Assembly (NCBI GenBank): GCA_964230805.1
Contig: CAXRIA010000002.1
Location: 23,664 to 87,663 of the forward strand
Source: Flavobacteriaceae bacterium
GTDB lineage: Bacteria; Bacteroidota; Bacteroidia; Flavobacteriales; Flavobacteriaceae
DNA length: 64,000 nt
Reading direction: 5' to 3'
Positions 27,455 to 37,926 of this stretch are shown one piece after another (position 1 is the stretch's first letter; every line of letters begins with the position of its first letter). Under the pieces are notes generated by a model that was not told where the DNA came from, searched no databases, and was given only the letters and a program-made list of their open reading frames with translations. The position numbers and the translations under genes were made by a program.

Positions 27455-28312
27455 TTAGTCGATTTGGTGTGAAGAACGGAAGTAATGCATAATGACATTG
27501 GGATCTGGAAACAACGGCGTCGTGGCTTCATTTTTCCCATCGTAATCAAATTTTGACAAGACATATCGAATGGATTCCAATCGTGCAATCTCTTTGTTAT
27601 TGGTTTTAACAATAACCCAAGGGCTGTAACTGGTATGGGTATTGCTGTACATTTTTTCTTTGTAAAATGTATATTTATCCCATAATTCTTGACCTTTTTG
27701 ATCTACGGGACTAAATTTCCATCGTTTCAATGGATTTTTCATTCGAGAATCAAATCTCCTTTTTTGTTCATCTTTTGAAATAGACAACCAAAACTTAATA
27801 ATAATCAAACCGTCCTCGTAGAGCATATGTTCAAATTCTGGAACCTGAGACATAAATTCATTGTATTGTTTTTCAGAACAAAACCCCATCACGGGCTCAA
27901 CGACTGCACGATTGTACCAACTTCGATCGTAAAAAACGATTTCACCCGGATTTGGGAGTTCTTTGATGTAACGCATAAAATACCACTGTCCTTTCTCAAT
28001 CGCTGTGGGCTTATTCAAAGCTACCAAACGAGAGGAACGTGGATTCAAATGTTCCATAAATCTACGAATTGCACCACCCTTTCCGGCAGCATCTCTCCCT
28101 TCAAAAATAACGGCCACACGTTTGTTGTTCTTCGAAATCCAATTTTGAAGTTTCACAAGTTCTACTTGCAGTGCCCGAAGCTCTGCTTCATATTCGACCG
28201 TATTTATGATTTTTTCAAACTTACCGCCTTTGCCTCGGATCAATTCTTTGAGCTGCGCACTGGTGGTGTGTTTTTCTATTTCCTCCAGTGTCAATCGGGA
28301 GTTTTCCTCCAT
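27455..28312 (-). CDS. ppk2: Polyphosphate kinase 2, single-domain (copy A)
   Basis: Carries the same PPK2 motifs as copy B. Lies 3 nt upstream of copy B on the same strand. Confidence 0.92.
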   Translation of the reverse strand: MEENSRLTLEEIEKHTTSAQLKELIRGKGGKFEKIINTVEYEAELRALQVELVKLQNWISKNNKRVAVIFEGRDAAGKGGAIRRFMEHLNPRSSRLVALNKPTAIEKGQWYFMRYIKELPNPGEIVFYDRSWYNRAVVEPVMGFCSEKQYNEFMSQVPEFEHMLYEDGLIIIKFWLSISKDEQKRRFDSRMKNPLKRWKFSPVDQKGQELWDKYTFYKEKMYSNTHTSYSPWVIVKTNNKEIARLESIRYVLSKFDYDGKNEATTPLFPDPNVIMHYFRSSHQID

Positions 28313-28365
28313 AACAATTCACTATTTTATTTCAACGATAGGCATCAATACGATAGCCCATCTCA

Positions 28366-30567
28366 TTAATTTCCTACTTCACTTAAAAACTTGATTCTCA
28401 TCAAGCGCATGTCTTCTTCCTCATAGTCACCCTCAAACTCATCGATTGCTTCTTGTATATCGTCTGTTTCGGCTTCCATGAAATAATCGATAATTTCTTC
28501 TTGCTGCTCTTCATCAAGAATGGCATCTACACAATAAGAAATATCCAATTTGGTCCCTGAATAAACAATGGTCTCAATTTCTTTTATCAACTCTTCCATT
28601 TCAAGACCTTTGGAACTGGCGATGTCTTCCAATGATAATTTTCGATCTGTATTTTGAATAATGTAAAGTTTCAAGCCTGATTTCAAACCTGTTCCTTTTA
28701 CGATCAGATCGTCAGGACGCGTGATGTCATTTTCTTTGACATAGTTCGAAATTAGTTCTAGAAAATCTTTTCCAAATTTACGTGCTTTTCCATCGCCAAC
28801 ACCATGCACATTCGACAGCTCTTCCATCGTAATTGGATAACGAAGTGTCATCGCTTCCAGAGAAGGATCTTGAAAAATAGCAAACGGAGGAATTCCTTTT
28901 CGCTTCGCAACTTTTTTCCGTAATTCCTTCAATAGCACCATTAAATTTTTATCACTTACGCCTGTTACCTGTCTTGAGTTCACTACTCCTTCACCAACAG
29001 CTTCTGTCCCTGAATATTCATGATCTGCCGTCATCATAAAAGAAGATGGCGATTTTATAAAAGCATGCCCGCTCTCTGTTAACTTCAGTACACCATACTG
29101 CTCAATTTCTTTTCGAAGGTAATTGTGAACAAAGGTTTGACGAATCAAGGCCATCCAAAACTCAGATTTGTGTTTTTTACCCACCCCAAAAAAGGGTCGT
29201 TCGTGGGTTTTATGTGAATTCAACATGGCATTTTCTTTTCCAACTAAGGTAGCTACAATGTCTTTCGATTTGTACTTTTCTTTGGTGTCTCGAACGACCT
29301 TCAATAACGTTTTCACCTCTTCTTTGGCCTCTATTTTTGGTTTTGGATTTCTCGTATTGTCATCCATATCGGCTCCCAAACCATTCACCTCGTCAAATTC
29401 CTCTCCAAAATAATGCAACAAATATTTTCGTCTACTCATTGAAGTCTCAGCGTAACCTACAACTTCTTGTAACAAAGCATGTCCTATTTCCTGCTCAGCG
29501 ACCGGCTTACTCGACATAAACTTCTCAAGTTTTTCGATGTCTTGATAAGAATAATAAGCCAAACAATAGCCCTCACCATCGTCTCGACCAGCCCTTCCTG
29601 TTTCTTGATAATAACTCTCCAAACTTTTTGGAATGTCGTGGTGAATAACAAAACGCACGTCTGGCTTGTCTATTCCCATTCCAAAAGCAATGGTAGCCAC
29701 AATGACATCCGTATCCTCCATCAAAAACATATCTTGATGTTTTGCTCGGGTCTTTGCATCTAGCCCTGCATGATAAGGCAAGGCCTTGATTCCATTTACC
29801 TGCAAGATTTGGGCTACTTCTTCTACCTTTTTTCGACTCAAGCAGTAAATGACACCTGATTTTCCTTGATATCCTTTCACAAAGCGAATGATATCGCTGT
29901 AAATATCTTTGGTTTTTGGTCTAACCTCATAAAAAAGATTGGGTCTGTTAAAGGAAGCCTTGAACCTTCTGGCATCGGATATTCCCAAAGTTTTTAAAAT
30001 GTCTTCTTGCACTTTTTCCGTAGCCGTTGCAGTCAATCCAATCACGGGAACATTATCGATGCTCTGAATGATATTTTTTAGGTTTCGATATTCTGGCCGA
30101 AAATCGTGTCCCCATTCTGAAATACAATGCGCTTCATCAATAGCTACAAATGAAATTTTTTGAGATTTTAAAAAATCTACATATTCTTGCTTGATCAGTG
30201 ATTCTGGAGCAACGTACAACAATTTGGTAATTCCCCCACGAATGTCATCCATTACTCTTGCGACCTCTGTTTTGTTGAGTGATGAATTCAACACATGCGC
30301 TACCCCTTCATTGTCTGAAACACCTCGAATGGCATCTACCTGGTTTTTCATCAATGCAATCAATGGAGAAACGACGATGGCAGTCCCTTCTTGCATCAAA
30401 GCTGGCAACTGATAACACAGCGATTTTCCACCACCTGTCGGCATGATAGCAAAAGCATTTTTACCCTCAATAACACTTTTAATGACTTGCTCTTGCAACC
30501 CCTTGAATTTTGAAAAACCAAAAAACTTTTTCAGAGGACCGTGCAAGTCAATTTCCTTACTATTCAT
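28366..30567 (-). CDS. recQ: ATP-dependent DNA helicase RecQ
   Basis: MPTGGGKSLCYQLPA, DEAHCISEWGHDFRP, RQC region and C-terminal HRDC region. Total 733 aa. Confidence 0.96.
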   Translation of the reverse strand: MNSKEIDLHGPLKKFFGFSKFKGLQEQVIKSVIEGKNAFAIMPTGGGKSLCYQLPALMQEGTAIVVSPLIALMKNQVDAIRGVSDNEGVAHVLNSSLNKTEVARVMDDIRGGITKLLYVAPESLIKQEYVDFLKSQKISFVAIDEAHCISEWGHDFRPEYRNLKNIIQSIDNVPVIGLTATATEKVQEDILKTLGISDARRFKASFNRPNLFYEVRPKTKDIYSDIIRFVKGYQGKSGVIYCLSRKKVEEVAQILQVNGIKALPYHAGLDAKTRAKHQDMFLMEDTDVIVATIAFGMGIDKPDVRFVIHHDIPKSLESYYQETGRAGRDDGEGYCLAYYSYQDIEKLEKFMSSKPVAEQEIGHALLQEVVGYAETSMSRRKYLLHYFGEEFDEVNGLGADMDDNTRNPKPKIEAKEEVKTLLKVVRDTKEKYKSKDIVATLVGKENAMLNSHKTHERPFFGVGKKHKSEFWMALIRQTFVHNYLRKEIEQYGVLKLTESGHAFIKSPSSFMMTADHEYSGTEAVGEGVVNSRQVTGVSDKNLMVLLKELRKKVAKRKGIPPFAIFQDPSLEAMTLRYPITMEELSNVHGVGDGKARKFGKDFLELISNYVKENDITRPDDLIVKGTGLKSGLKLYIIQNTDRKLSLEDIASSKGLEMEELIKEIETIVYSGTKLDISYCVDAILDEEQQEEIIDYFMEAETDDIQEAIDEFEGDYEEEDMRLMRIKFLSEVGN

Positions 30568-30641
30568 TCTCTACTTAATCTATTTTTAGATACATTTGCA
30601 CTTAAAGGTATCATTTTTTATTCTAACAAAAATTAAAGTTT

Positions 30642-31610
30642 TTGAAAAAATCAAATACAATTATTGACATCGCATTGCAAACTATTGACATAGAAAGCAA
30701 AGCAATTGCTAATTTAAAAAATTTAATCAACACTGACTTTGAAAATGCAGTGAAATTTATATTTAATTCGAGCGGCAGAGTCATTGTAACCGGAATTGGA
30801 AAAAGCGCCATCATTGCACAGAAAATAGTAGCCACAATGAATTCGACAGGAACGCCGTCAATTTTTATGCATGCTGCGGATGCCATTCATGGCGATTTGG
30901 GAAATATTCAAAAAGAAGATACTGTCATTTGTATTTCCAAAAGCGGAAACACTCCTGAAATAAAAGTCCTGGTTCCACTCATTCAAAATTACGGGAACAA
31001 ATTGATTGCAATTACGGGAAATACGGAATCTTTTTTGGGAACACAAGCCGACTTCACACTGAATTGTCATATTGAAAAAGAAGCCTGCACAAACAATTTG
31101 GCACCCACCACGAGCACAACTGCTCAATTGGTTATTGGAGACGCATTGGCGGTTTGCTTGTTGAATTTGAAAGACTTTTCGAGCAATGATTTTGCAAAAT
31201 ACCATCCCGGTGGTGCACTTGGAAAACGCTTGTATTTACGTGTGCGTGATTTGGTGGACAAACACGAATTACCTAGGGTTACTCCTAGCACCAAAATAAA
31301 AGATGTTATTTTAGAGATTTCCAACAAACGACTGGGAGCAACTGCTGTTATTGACAAGGATCAAATTGTAGGAATGATTACCGACGGAGACCTGCGTCGC
31401 ATGCTTGAAAGCGAAGGAAATTTAGGGCAGTTGATTGCAAAAGATGTGATGAATTCAGATCCAAAAACAATCAATGCCAACGATATGGCAATCGATGCTT
31501 TGAACCAATTGGAAAATCATGGGATTACTCAAATATTGGTAGTGGACGACAAGAAAAAATACATGGGAATTGTTCACTTACACGACTTAATCAAAGAAGG
31601 GATTTTTTAA
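30642..31610 (+). CDS. kpsF: Arabinose-5-phosphate isomerase KpsF/GutQ (SIS + tandem CBS)
   Basis: SIS motif VTGIGKSAIIAQK, followed by a C-terminal CBS pair. The only possible in-frame start is TTG at 30642, because a stop lies at 30624-30626 and there is no ATG near. Confidence 0.9.
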   Translation: MKKSNTIIDIALQTIDIESKAIANLKNLINTDFENAVKFIFNSSGRVIVTGIGKSAIIAQKIVATMNSTGTPSIFMHAADAIHGDLGNIQKEDTVICISKSGNTPEIKVLVPLIQNYGNKLIAITGNTESFLGTQADFTLNCHIEKEACTNNLAPTTSTTAQLVIGDALAVCLLNLKDFSSNDFAKYHPGGALGKRLYLRVRDLVDKHELPRVTPSTKIKDVILEISNKRLGATAVIDKDQIVGMITDGDLRRMLESEGNLGQLIAKDVMNSDPKTINANDMAIDALNQLENHGITQILVVDDKKKYMGIVHLHDLIKEGIF

Positions 31611-31611
31611 C

Positions 31612-32421
31612 ATGCCGCAACAAAAAAAACAAATGTCTTTTTTAGCGCATCTCGAAGAATTGAGATGGCATCTCGTAAGATCTACTGCGGCTATTTTTAT
31701 GTGTGGTATTGTTTTATTTGTGTTCAAATCAACCGTCTACGATCATTTTTTACTCGCACATCTAAATTCGGAGTTTGCCACCTACCAGTGGTTCTGTGAT
31801 GCGTTTCAAGTTTTCGGAGTCGAAAGCAATTTTTGTGGTGTACAGTTTCCTCAAAAATTACAGAGCCTTTCCTTAACCAACCAATTAATGAATGCCATTT
31901 GGTCGTCCCTTATTTTGGGGCTTATCATAGCATTTCCTTATGTCTTGTGGGAATTTTGGAAATTTATTTCTCCTGGCCTCCATACAAATGAAAGAAAAAA
32001 ATCAAAAGGGTTTTTGTTTATCACCTCACTGCTATTTTTCGTAGGCGTACTTTTTAGTTTTTATGTCATTGTTCCCATGTCTGTTTATTTTTTCTATCAT
32101 TTTGAAATTACAGACACCATACAAAACAATTTTACATTGTCTTCGTACATCTCGATGGTTACCAATACACTTTTGGGCGTTTCTCTTGTGTTTGAATTGC
32201 CCGTACTTATTTTCTTTTTAACAAAACTAGGACTCGTTACGCCTTCCTTTTTAAAAACCTATCGAAAACATGCATTGGTCGTCGTGTTGCTCTTGGCTGC
32301 CATTATTACTCCACCAGATGTTGCGAGTCAGGTAATTGTATCCATACCCATCATGCTTTTGTACGAAGTCAGCATCCATGTCGCCAAATTTGTTGTGAAA
32401 AAACAGGAAAAATCGTTGTAA
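31612..32421 (+). CDS. tatC: Twin-arginine translocase subunit TatC
   Basis: MSFLAHLEELRWHL... followed by six hydrophobic helices. Starts 1 nt after the kpsF stop. Confidence 0.92.
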   Translation: MPQQKKQMSFLAHLEELRWHLVRSTAAIFMCGIVLFVFKSTVYDHFLLAHLNSEFATYQWFCDAFQVFGVESNFCGVQFPQKLQSLSLTNQLMNAIWSSLILGLIIAFPYVLWEFWKFISPGLHTNERKKSKGFLFITSLLFFVGVLFSFYVIVPMSVYFFYHFEITDTIQNNFTLSSYISMVTNTLLGVSLVFELPVLIFFLTKLGLVTPSFLKTYRKHALVVVLLLAAIITPPDVASQVIVSIPIMLLYEVSIHVAKFVVKKQEKSL

Positions 32422-32486
32422 ACTAATCTCAGCCGACACAAACATTCATTGGAAATTTTTACTTTTACAATCCCTAAATTCAATTC

Positions 32487-33224
32487 ATGAAACTCAGAGC
32501 CAACAATATTCAAAAAATATACGGAAACCGAAAAGTTGTAAAAGGAATTTCTTTGGAAGTGAATCAAGGTGAAATTGTGGGGCTTTTGGGACCGAATGGT
32601 GCTGGAAAGACAACTTCTTTTTACATGATTGTGGGCATGATACAACCCAACCATGGACACATTTATTTAGACGCTCAGGAGATTACAGAGTACCCTATGT
32701 ACAAGAGAGCAGAGCATGGTATTGGGTACCTCGCTCAAGAGGCTTCGGTTTTTAGAAAGCTATCTGTAGAAGACAACATTCGCTCCGTTTTGCAATTTAC
32801 AGGAAGAAGCAAACAGGAAGAAAATGAAAAATTAGAATCCTTGATTGAAGAATTTAGTTTGGGACATGTAAGAAAAAATAGAGGCGATTTGTTGTCCGGT
32901 GGAGAACGCAGAAGAACAGAAATCGCTCGATGTTTGGCGTCTGACCCCAAATTCATTTTATTAGACGAACCTTTCGCAGGTGTTGATCCTATTGCTGTGG
33001 AAGACATTCAGAGTATTGTAGCTCAATTGAAAAACAAAAATATCGGAATCCTTATCACAGACCACGACGTACAAGCAACTTTGGCGATTACAGATAAAAC
33101 GTACTTGATGTATGAAGGAGGCATCTTGAAAGAAGGAACTCCTGAAGAATTGGCAGACGATCCAACAGTCCGCAAAGTATACCTTGGAGAAAGCTTTATT
33201 TTACAAAAGAATAAATTCAAGTAA
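32487..33224 (+). CDS. lptB: LPS export ABC transporter ATP-binding protein LptB
   Basis: [33 protein letters not shown], and the C-terminal VRKVYLGE motif. Confidence 0.93.
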   Translation: MKLRANNIQKIYGNRKVVKGISLEVNQGEIVGLLGPNGAGKTTSFYMIVGMIQPNHGHIYLDAQEITEYPMYKRAEHGIGYLAQEASVFRKLSVEDNIRSVLQFTGRSKQEENEKLESLIEEFSLGHVRKNRGDLLSGGERRRTEIARCLASDPKFILLDEPFAGVDPIAVEDIQSIVAQLKNKNIGILITDHDVQATLAITDKTYLMYEGGILKEGTPEELADDPTVRKVYLGESFILQKNKFK

Positions 33225-33358
33225 ATCCGATTCCTTACCAACCAAGAAAAAACCATCCTCTCATTTCAAGAGTTGAAAATAAGAGTTGCTTTTAACGTTT
33301 ACCTGGATCAAAAAATATACTTATTTTTACTCCACCACAAACAGAACTGCACCCATTT

Positions 33359-36268
33359 ATGACACTCTCCCTAGAAAACCTTCAACAGAACCTAGAAGGA
33401 GAAATCCATTTTGATGCTTTGCACAGAGGTATGTATGCCACGGACGCCTCTGTTTATAGAAAAAAGCCTCTTGCCGTCGCTTTTCCCAAAAACAAATCCG
33501 ATTTAAAAAAGCTACTCGCCTTTGCCAACAAAAATAAAATTGGATTAATTCCACGAACTGCGGGAACCTCACTAGCAGGTCAATGTGTAGGTGAAGGGAT
33601 TGTCGTAGACGTTTCAAAGTATTTTACCAAAATCATTGCTTACGACCGAAATAAAAAAACCGTACGTTTGGAACCCGGAATCATTCGTGACGACTTGAAT
33701 CGTTTTCTGAAAAAAGACGCTCTTTTCTTTGGTCCCAACACCTCTACTTCCAACCGATGTATGATTGGAGGCATGGTAGGAAACAATTCCTCAGGTACTA
33801 CCTCCATTCGCTATGGAGTTACTCGTGATAAGGTTCTCGAAATAAAAGCACTTCTCAGTGATGGAAGTACCGCAATCTTTCAAGAAATCACTTCCGAAAC
33901 TTTTCTAAAAAAAGCAAAAGAAAAAACTTTGGAAGGCTCTATTTACAAGACTGTCTTCCAAGAGTTGTCTCAAAAAAACACACAAGAAGAAATACACAAC
34001 GAATTTCCTAAAAAAAATATTCATCGAAGAAATACGGGCTACGCTGTTGATAGCCTGTTGTCCTCTGAATTGTTTGGAGGAACTTCCAAAACGATCAATA
34101 TGGCAAAACTGCTTTGTGGTAGTGAAGGAACACTTGCTTTCACCACAGAGATCGTGCTTCAATTAGACCCTATTCCTCCCTCCTTCGCGGTTATGGTAGG
34201 CGCACACTTTCAAAGTGTTCAAGAAAGTTTAGAAGCGGTGGTAATTGCCATGAAGCACAAATTGTACAATTGCGAATTGATGGATAAAATCATTTTGGAC
34301 TGTACCAAAAACAACCGTGAACAGCAAAAAAATAGATTTTTCTTACAGGGGGATCCTGAAGCAATTTTAATGTTAGAAGTCGCCGCAGAATCTCTAGAGT
34401 TGGCCGAAGCAAAAGCAAATGCTTTGATTTTAGACCTAAAAAAACACGAATTTGGATTTCATTATCCCAAAATTTTCGGCGAGGACATCGCCAAAATTCA
34501 TGACCTGAGAAAAGCGGGATTGGGACTTTTAGGAAATATTGTTGGCGATAACAAGGCGGTAGCTTGTATAGAAGATACCGCAGTGGAATTAACTGACCTT
34601 CCGAGTTACATTGCTGATTTTACAAAAATAATGGAGCGCTACAAACAGAAGGCAGTTTATTATGCACACGCCGGAGCGGGAGAAATTCATTTGAGGCCTA
34701 TTCTTAATCTTAAGAAAAAAGCCGATGTCGTATTGTTTCGAAAAATCACATACGAAACAGCACAACTAGTAAAATCCTATCAAGGATCTTTCAGCGGAGA
34801 GCATGGAGATGGTATTGTTCGATCTGAATTTATTCCATTTATGATCGGTGCAAAAAACTACCAACTTCTAAAGAAAATAAAAGCCGTTTTTGACCCTACA
34901 GGAATTATGAATCCTGGAAAAATAATTTCGGCACTTCCCATGGTTGAAAATTTACGATACCGTCCTGACAGAAAAGAACCTGAAATTAGCACCCTTATGG
35001 ATTTCAGTGATAGCAAAGGAATTCTGCGTGTTGCCGAAAAATGCAATGGTTCTGGTGATTGTCGAAAATCTGTGGAAGCAGGAGGCGTTATGTGTCCGAG
35101 CTACCGAGCCACAAAAGATGAAAAAGACACCACACGAGCCAGAGCGAATGTGTTGAGAGAGTTTTTAACCCACAGTCCTCAAAAAAACAAGTTCAATCAC
35201 CAAGAATTAAAAGAAGTATTTGACCTTTGCATAAGCTGCAAAGCCTGTGCAAGCGAATGCCCGAGTAATGTGGATATTGCTAGTTTAAAAGCTGAATTTT
35301 TGCACCAATACTACCAAGAAAACAAACGATCTTGGCGCGATTTTATTTTTGGAAAAAATGCGAAAATAATTTTTTTTGCCTCTAAGTTTCCAACGTGGAG
35401 TAATTTTATGAACACACGACATATCACAAAAAAAATCCTTGGAATTGCCCCACAACGAAGCTTGCCGCTTCTCCAAAAAACAACACTCATAGCTTGGTAT
35501 GACAAAAATAAAAACCGTTTGCACGATGGTCAAAAAAAACAAGGGAAAATATATCTTTTTTGTGATGAATTCACCAATTTTTACGACGTTGATATCGGGA
35601 TTGATACATTGGAATTTCTTTCATTAATAGGATTCAAACCGCTCATGGTAGCTCATGAAGAGAGTGGCCGAAGTGCGATTTCAAAAGGGATGTTGTCTTA
35701 TGCCAAAACAATTGCGGACAAAAATATAGAAACGTTCAAAGACCTACTCTCTAAAGAAACACCACTTATTGGAATAGAACCTTCTACAATATTGACATTT
35801 CGAGATGAGTACCTCCGACTCGCCACTGACAAAGAGACCGCCCAAAGAATTGCGAAACATTGTCATACTTTGGAGGAGTTTATTCATAAGCTGACAAAAG
35901 CTGGTTCTTTAACCTCAGATAGATTCACAAAAAAATCAAAAAGCATCAAAATTCATGGTCACTGTCATCAAAAATCATTAAGCAGTACGCAGCCCACCTT
36001 TGCGATTTTGAATCTTCCTGAAAATTACAAGGTATCTATCTTAAACACGGGTTGTTGCGGGATGGCAGGTTCTTTTGGCTATGAAAAAGAACATTATGAA
36101 TTGAGCATGCAAATTGGAGAAAACTCCCTATTTCCTAAAATAAGAAATTGCACGCAAGATACTGTGTTGGCCGTTTCTGGAACAAGTTGTCGCCATCAAA
36201 TTTCCGAGGGAACAAAACGGAAGTCCCAACATCCCATAAGTATATTGCGAGAAGCATTGCTCCCATAA
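33359..36268 (+). CDS. FAD-binding plus Fe-S/CCG-domain oxidoreductase, YdiJ-like (969 aa)
   Basis: N-terminal FAD-binding PCMH domain (RTAGTSLAGQ). Central 4Fe-4S Cys clusters (CxGSGDCRK...MCPSY and CISCKACASECP). C-terminal CCG-type Cys motifs (CCGMAGSFG). Confidence 0.88.
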   Translation: MTLSLENLQQNLEGEIHFDALHRGMYATDASVYRKKPLAVAFPKNKSDLKKLLAFANKNKIGLIPRTAGTSLAGQCVGEGIVVDVSKYFTKIIAYDRNKKTVRLEPGIIRDDLNRFLKKDALFFGPNTSTSNRCMIGGMVGNNSSGTTSIRYGVTRDKVLEIKALLSDGSTAIFQEITSETFLKKAKEKTLEGSIYKTVFQELSQKNTQEEIHNEFPKKNIHRRNTGYAVDSLLSSELFGGTSKTINMAKLLCGSEGTLAFTTEIVLQLDPIPPSFAVMVGAHFQSVQESLEAVVIAMKHKLYNCELMDKIILDCTKNNREQQKNRFFLQGDPEAILMLEVAAESLELAEAKANALILDLKKHEFGFHYPKIFGEDIAKIHDLRKAGLGLLGNIVGDNKAVACIEDTAVELTDLPSYIADFTKIMERYKQKAVYYAHAGAGEIHLRPILNLKKKADVVLFRKITYETAQLVKSYQGSFSGEHGDGIVRSEFIPFMIGAKNYQLLKKIKAVFDPTGIMNPGKIISALPMVENLRYRPDRKEPEISTLMDFSDSKGILRVAEKCNGSGDCRKSVEAGGVMCPSYRATKDEKDTTRARANVLREFLTHSPQKNKFNHQELKEVFDLCISCKACASECPSNVDIASLKAEFLHQYYQENKRSWRDFIFGKNAKIIFFASKFPTWSNFMNTRHITKKILGIAPQRSLPLLQKTTLIAWYDKNKNRLHDGQKKQGKIYLFCDEFTNFYDVDIGIDTLEFLSLIGFKPLMVAHEESGRSAISKGMLSYAKTIADKNIETFKDLLSKETPLIGIEPSTILTFRDEYLRLATDKETAQRIAKHCHTLEEFIHKLTKAGSLTSDRFTKKSKSIKIHGHCHQKSLSSTQPTFAILNLPENYKVSILNTGCCGMAGSFGYEKEHYELSMQIGENSLFPKIRNCTQDTVLAVSGTSCRHQISEGTKRKSQHPISILREALLP

Positions 36269-36389
36269 TTTAAATTTTAAACGTACATCGAACCTGCTAT
36301 TTTTTTTAACTTTACAAGCGTCTCGAAGCACTAAAATTATTTCGACCCACACAATGAATTCCTAATTTCTTTGCACAAGCCTATTCCCT

Positions 36390-37151
36390 ATGAATTTATT
36401 GAAGTATTTTTTTGCATTTCTTTTCTTTACCTGTCAACTTTCTTGTGACACGAAAAAAAAGTCGGACACTACCATTCGTATTGCCACTGCCGCAAACATG
36501 CAGTTTGCCATGCACGAATTGAGCAAAAAATTCACACAAAACACCCATATTTCTTGTGAACTGATTGTGGGCTCCTCAGGAAAATTAACGGCTCAAATTG
36601 CAGAAGGTGCTCCTTATGACTTATTTGTAGCTGCGAACGTAAAATACCCACAAAAAATTTTCGACCTAGGGGTATGCCGAAACAACCCTCGTATTTATGC
36701 TTATGGGCGTCTCGTATTGTGGACTGCGGGAAACATCGCACCGAAACTCAAGGTGTTAAAAACCGACAGCATAAAGCACATTGCCTTACCCAATCCTAAG
36801 GTAGCACCCTACGGAAAAGCTGCTTATGACCTTTTAACAGCATTGCCCTACTTTCAAAAAATCGAAAAAAAACTTGTCTATGGAGAGAGCATCTCTCAAA
36901 CCAATCAATTCATCAGCACACAAGCAGCCGAAATAGGATTTACCGCATTGTCGGTAGTGCATTCAGAGCCCTTTAAAAACAAAGGAAAATGGACCGCTTT
37001 AGCTTCGGAAAAACAGCCTCTCATTCCCCAAGCAGCGCTGTTATTAACCCAAAAAGAATCTGCTGAAAAATTCTTCCAATTTCTTTTTTCTCCAGATGCT
37101 AAAAAAACGCTTAAAAAATTCGGATATTTGACAGACGAATTGAATTTTTAA
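36390..37151 (+). CDS. modA: Molybdate ABC transporter substrate-binding protein
   Basis: Signal/lipobox (FFTCQLSC) and ModA-like blocks (GSSGKLTAQI, APYGKAA). First gene of the modABC order. Confidence 0.88.
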   Translation: MNLLKYFFAFLFFTCQLSCDTKKKSDTTIRIATAANMQFAMHELSKKFTQNTHISCELIVGSSGKLTAQIAEGAPYDLFVAANVKYPQKIFDLGVCRNNPRIYAYGRLVLWTAGNIAPKLKVLKTDSIKHIALPNPKVAPYGKAAYDLLTALPYFQKIEKKLVYGESISQTNQFISTQAAEIGFTALSVVHSEPFKNKGKWTALASEKQPLIPQAALLLTQKESAEKFFQFLFSPDAKKTLKKFGYLTDELNF

Positions 37152-37254
37152 CTATGCATCAATTCCTGAACAAAATAAAATTTTGTTTCCCTAAGCAAAA
37201 ATAATGACTGCACAGAAAAAGTGGCATGACCAAAACAAATTCTTTGACTGAAAA

Positions 37255-37926
37255 ATGAACTGGGATCCAATTATATTGACTTTTCAATTGGCGAGTGTGA
37301 CAACGTTCCTTTTGTTTTTCATTGCGCTTCCTTTAAGCTATTGGCTCGCGCATACCCAAAACAAATGCAAACCATTTATTGAAACATTGGTCAGCATGCC
37401 TTTGGTTTTGCCGCCAACCGTTTTGGGTTTTTACTTTCTGATCGCCTTTAGCCCGAGTAACGCTTTTGGAAATTGGCTAAACGAATATCTGGGTATCAAA
37501 TTGGTGTTTTCCTTTTCAGGTCTTGTCATTGCCTCAATCCTCTACAGCCTGCCTTTTATGGTACACCCCATTCAATCTGGACTTGCAAACCTACCTTCTT
37601 CCCTTCGTGAAGCTTCTTTGCTCCTGGTAAAATCAAAAACAACCACTCTGATGAAAGTCTTGTTGCCCAATTGCAAAGCTTCTCTGCTGACGGGAATTGT
37701 TCTTTCCTTTGCGCATACCATAGGAGAATTTGGCGTTGTACTAATGATCGGAGGAAACATTCCGGGACAAACCAAAGTCGCCTCTATCGCTATTTACGAT
37801 GAGGTAGAAGCATTGAACTACAGCTCAGCCAATTGGTATGCATTGATCTTGTTCGTGAGCACATTTTTAATTCTATTATTCGTTTATCTTCAAAATGGAG
37901 GTTTTTTAAAAAAACACAGAGAATGA
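37255..37926 (+). CDS. modB: Molybdate ABC transporter permease
   Basis: Five TM helices and an EAA-type loop (LREASLLLVKSKTTTLMKVLLP). Confidence 0.9.
   Translation: MNWDPIILTFQLASVTTFLLFFIALPLSYWLAHTQNKCKPFIETLVSMPLVLPPTVLGFYFLIAFSPSNAFGNWLNEYLGIKLVFSFSGLVIASILYSLPFMVHPIQSGLANLPSSLREASLLLVKSKTTTLMKVLLPNCKASLLTGIVLSFAHTIGEFGVVLMIGGNIPGQTKVASIAIYDEVEALNYSSANWYALILFVSTFLILLFVYLQNGGFLKKHRE

Noticed and set aside
27827-28369. 180-aa plus-strand ORF covering most of the PPK2 copy A gene. Similar long shadow ORFs occur at 49121-49585 and 48334-48726 (antisense to glyA), 18512-18919 (antisense to the ABC ATPase), 11800-12183 (antisense to thrA) and 2915-3271 (antisense to ffh).
   Set aside because: All lie antisense to, or out of frame with, genes whose products have unmistakable family motifs. 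Their translations are low-complexity or Cys/Phe/Ser-rich with no motifs. Open antisense frames of this size are a common by-product of codon bias.
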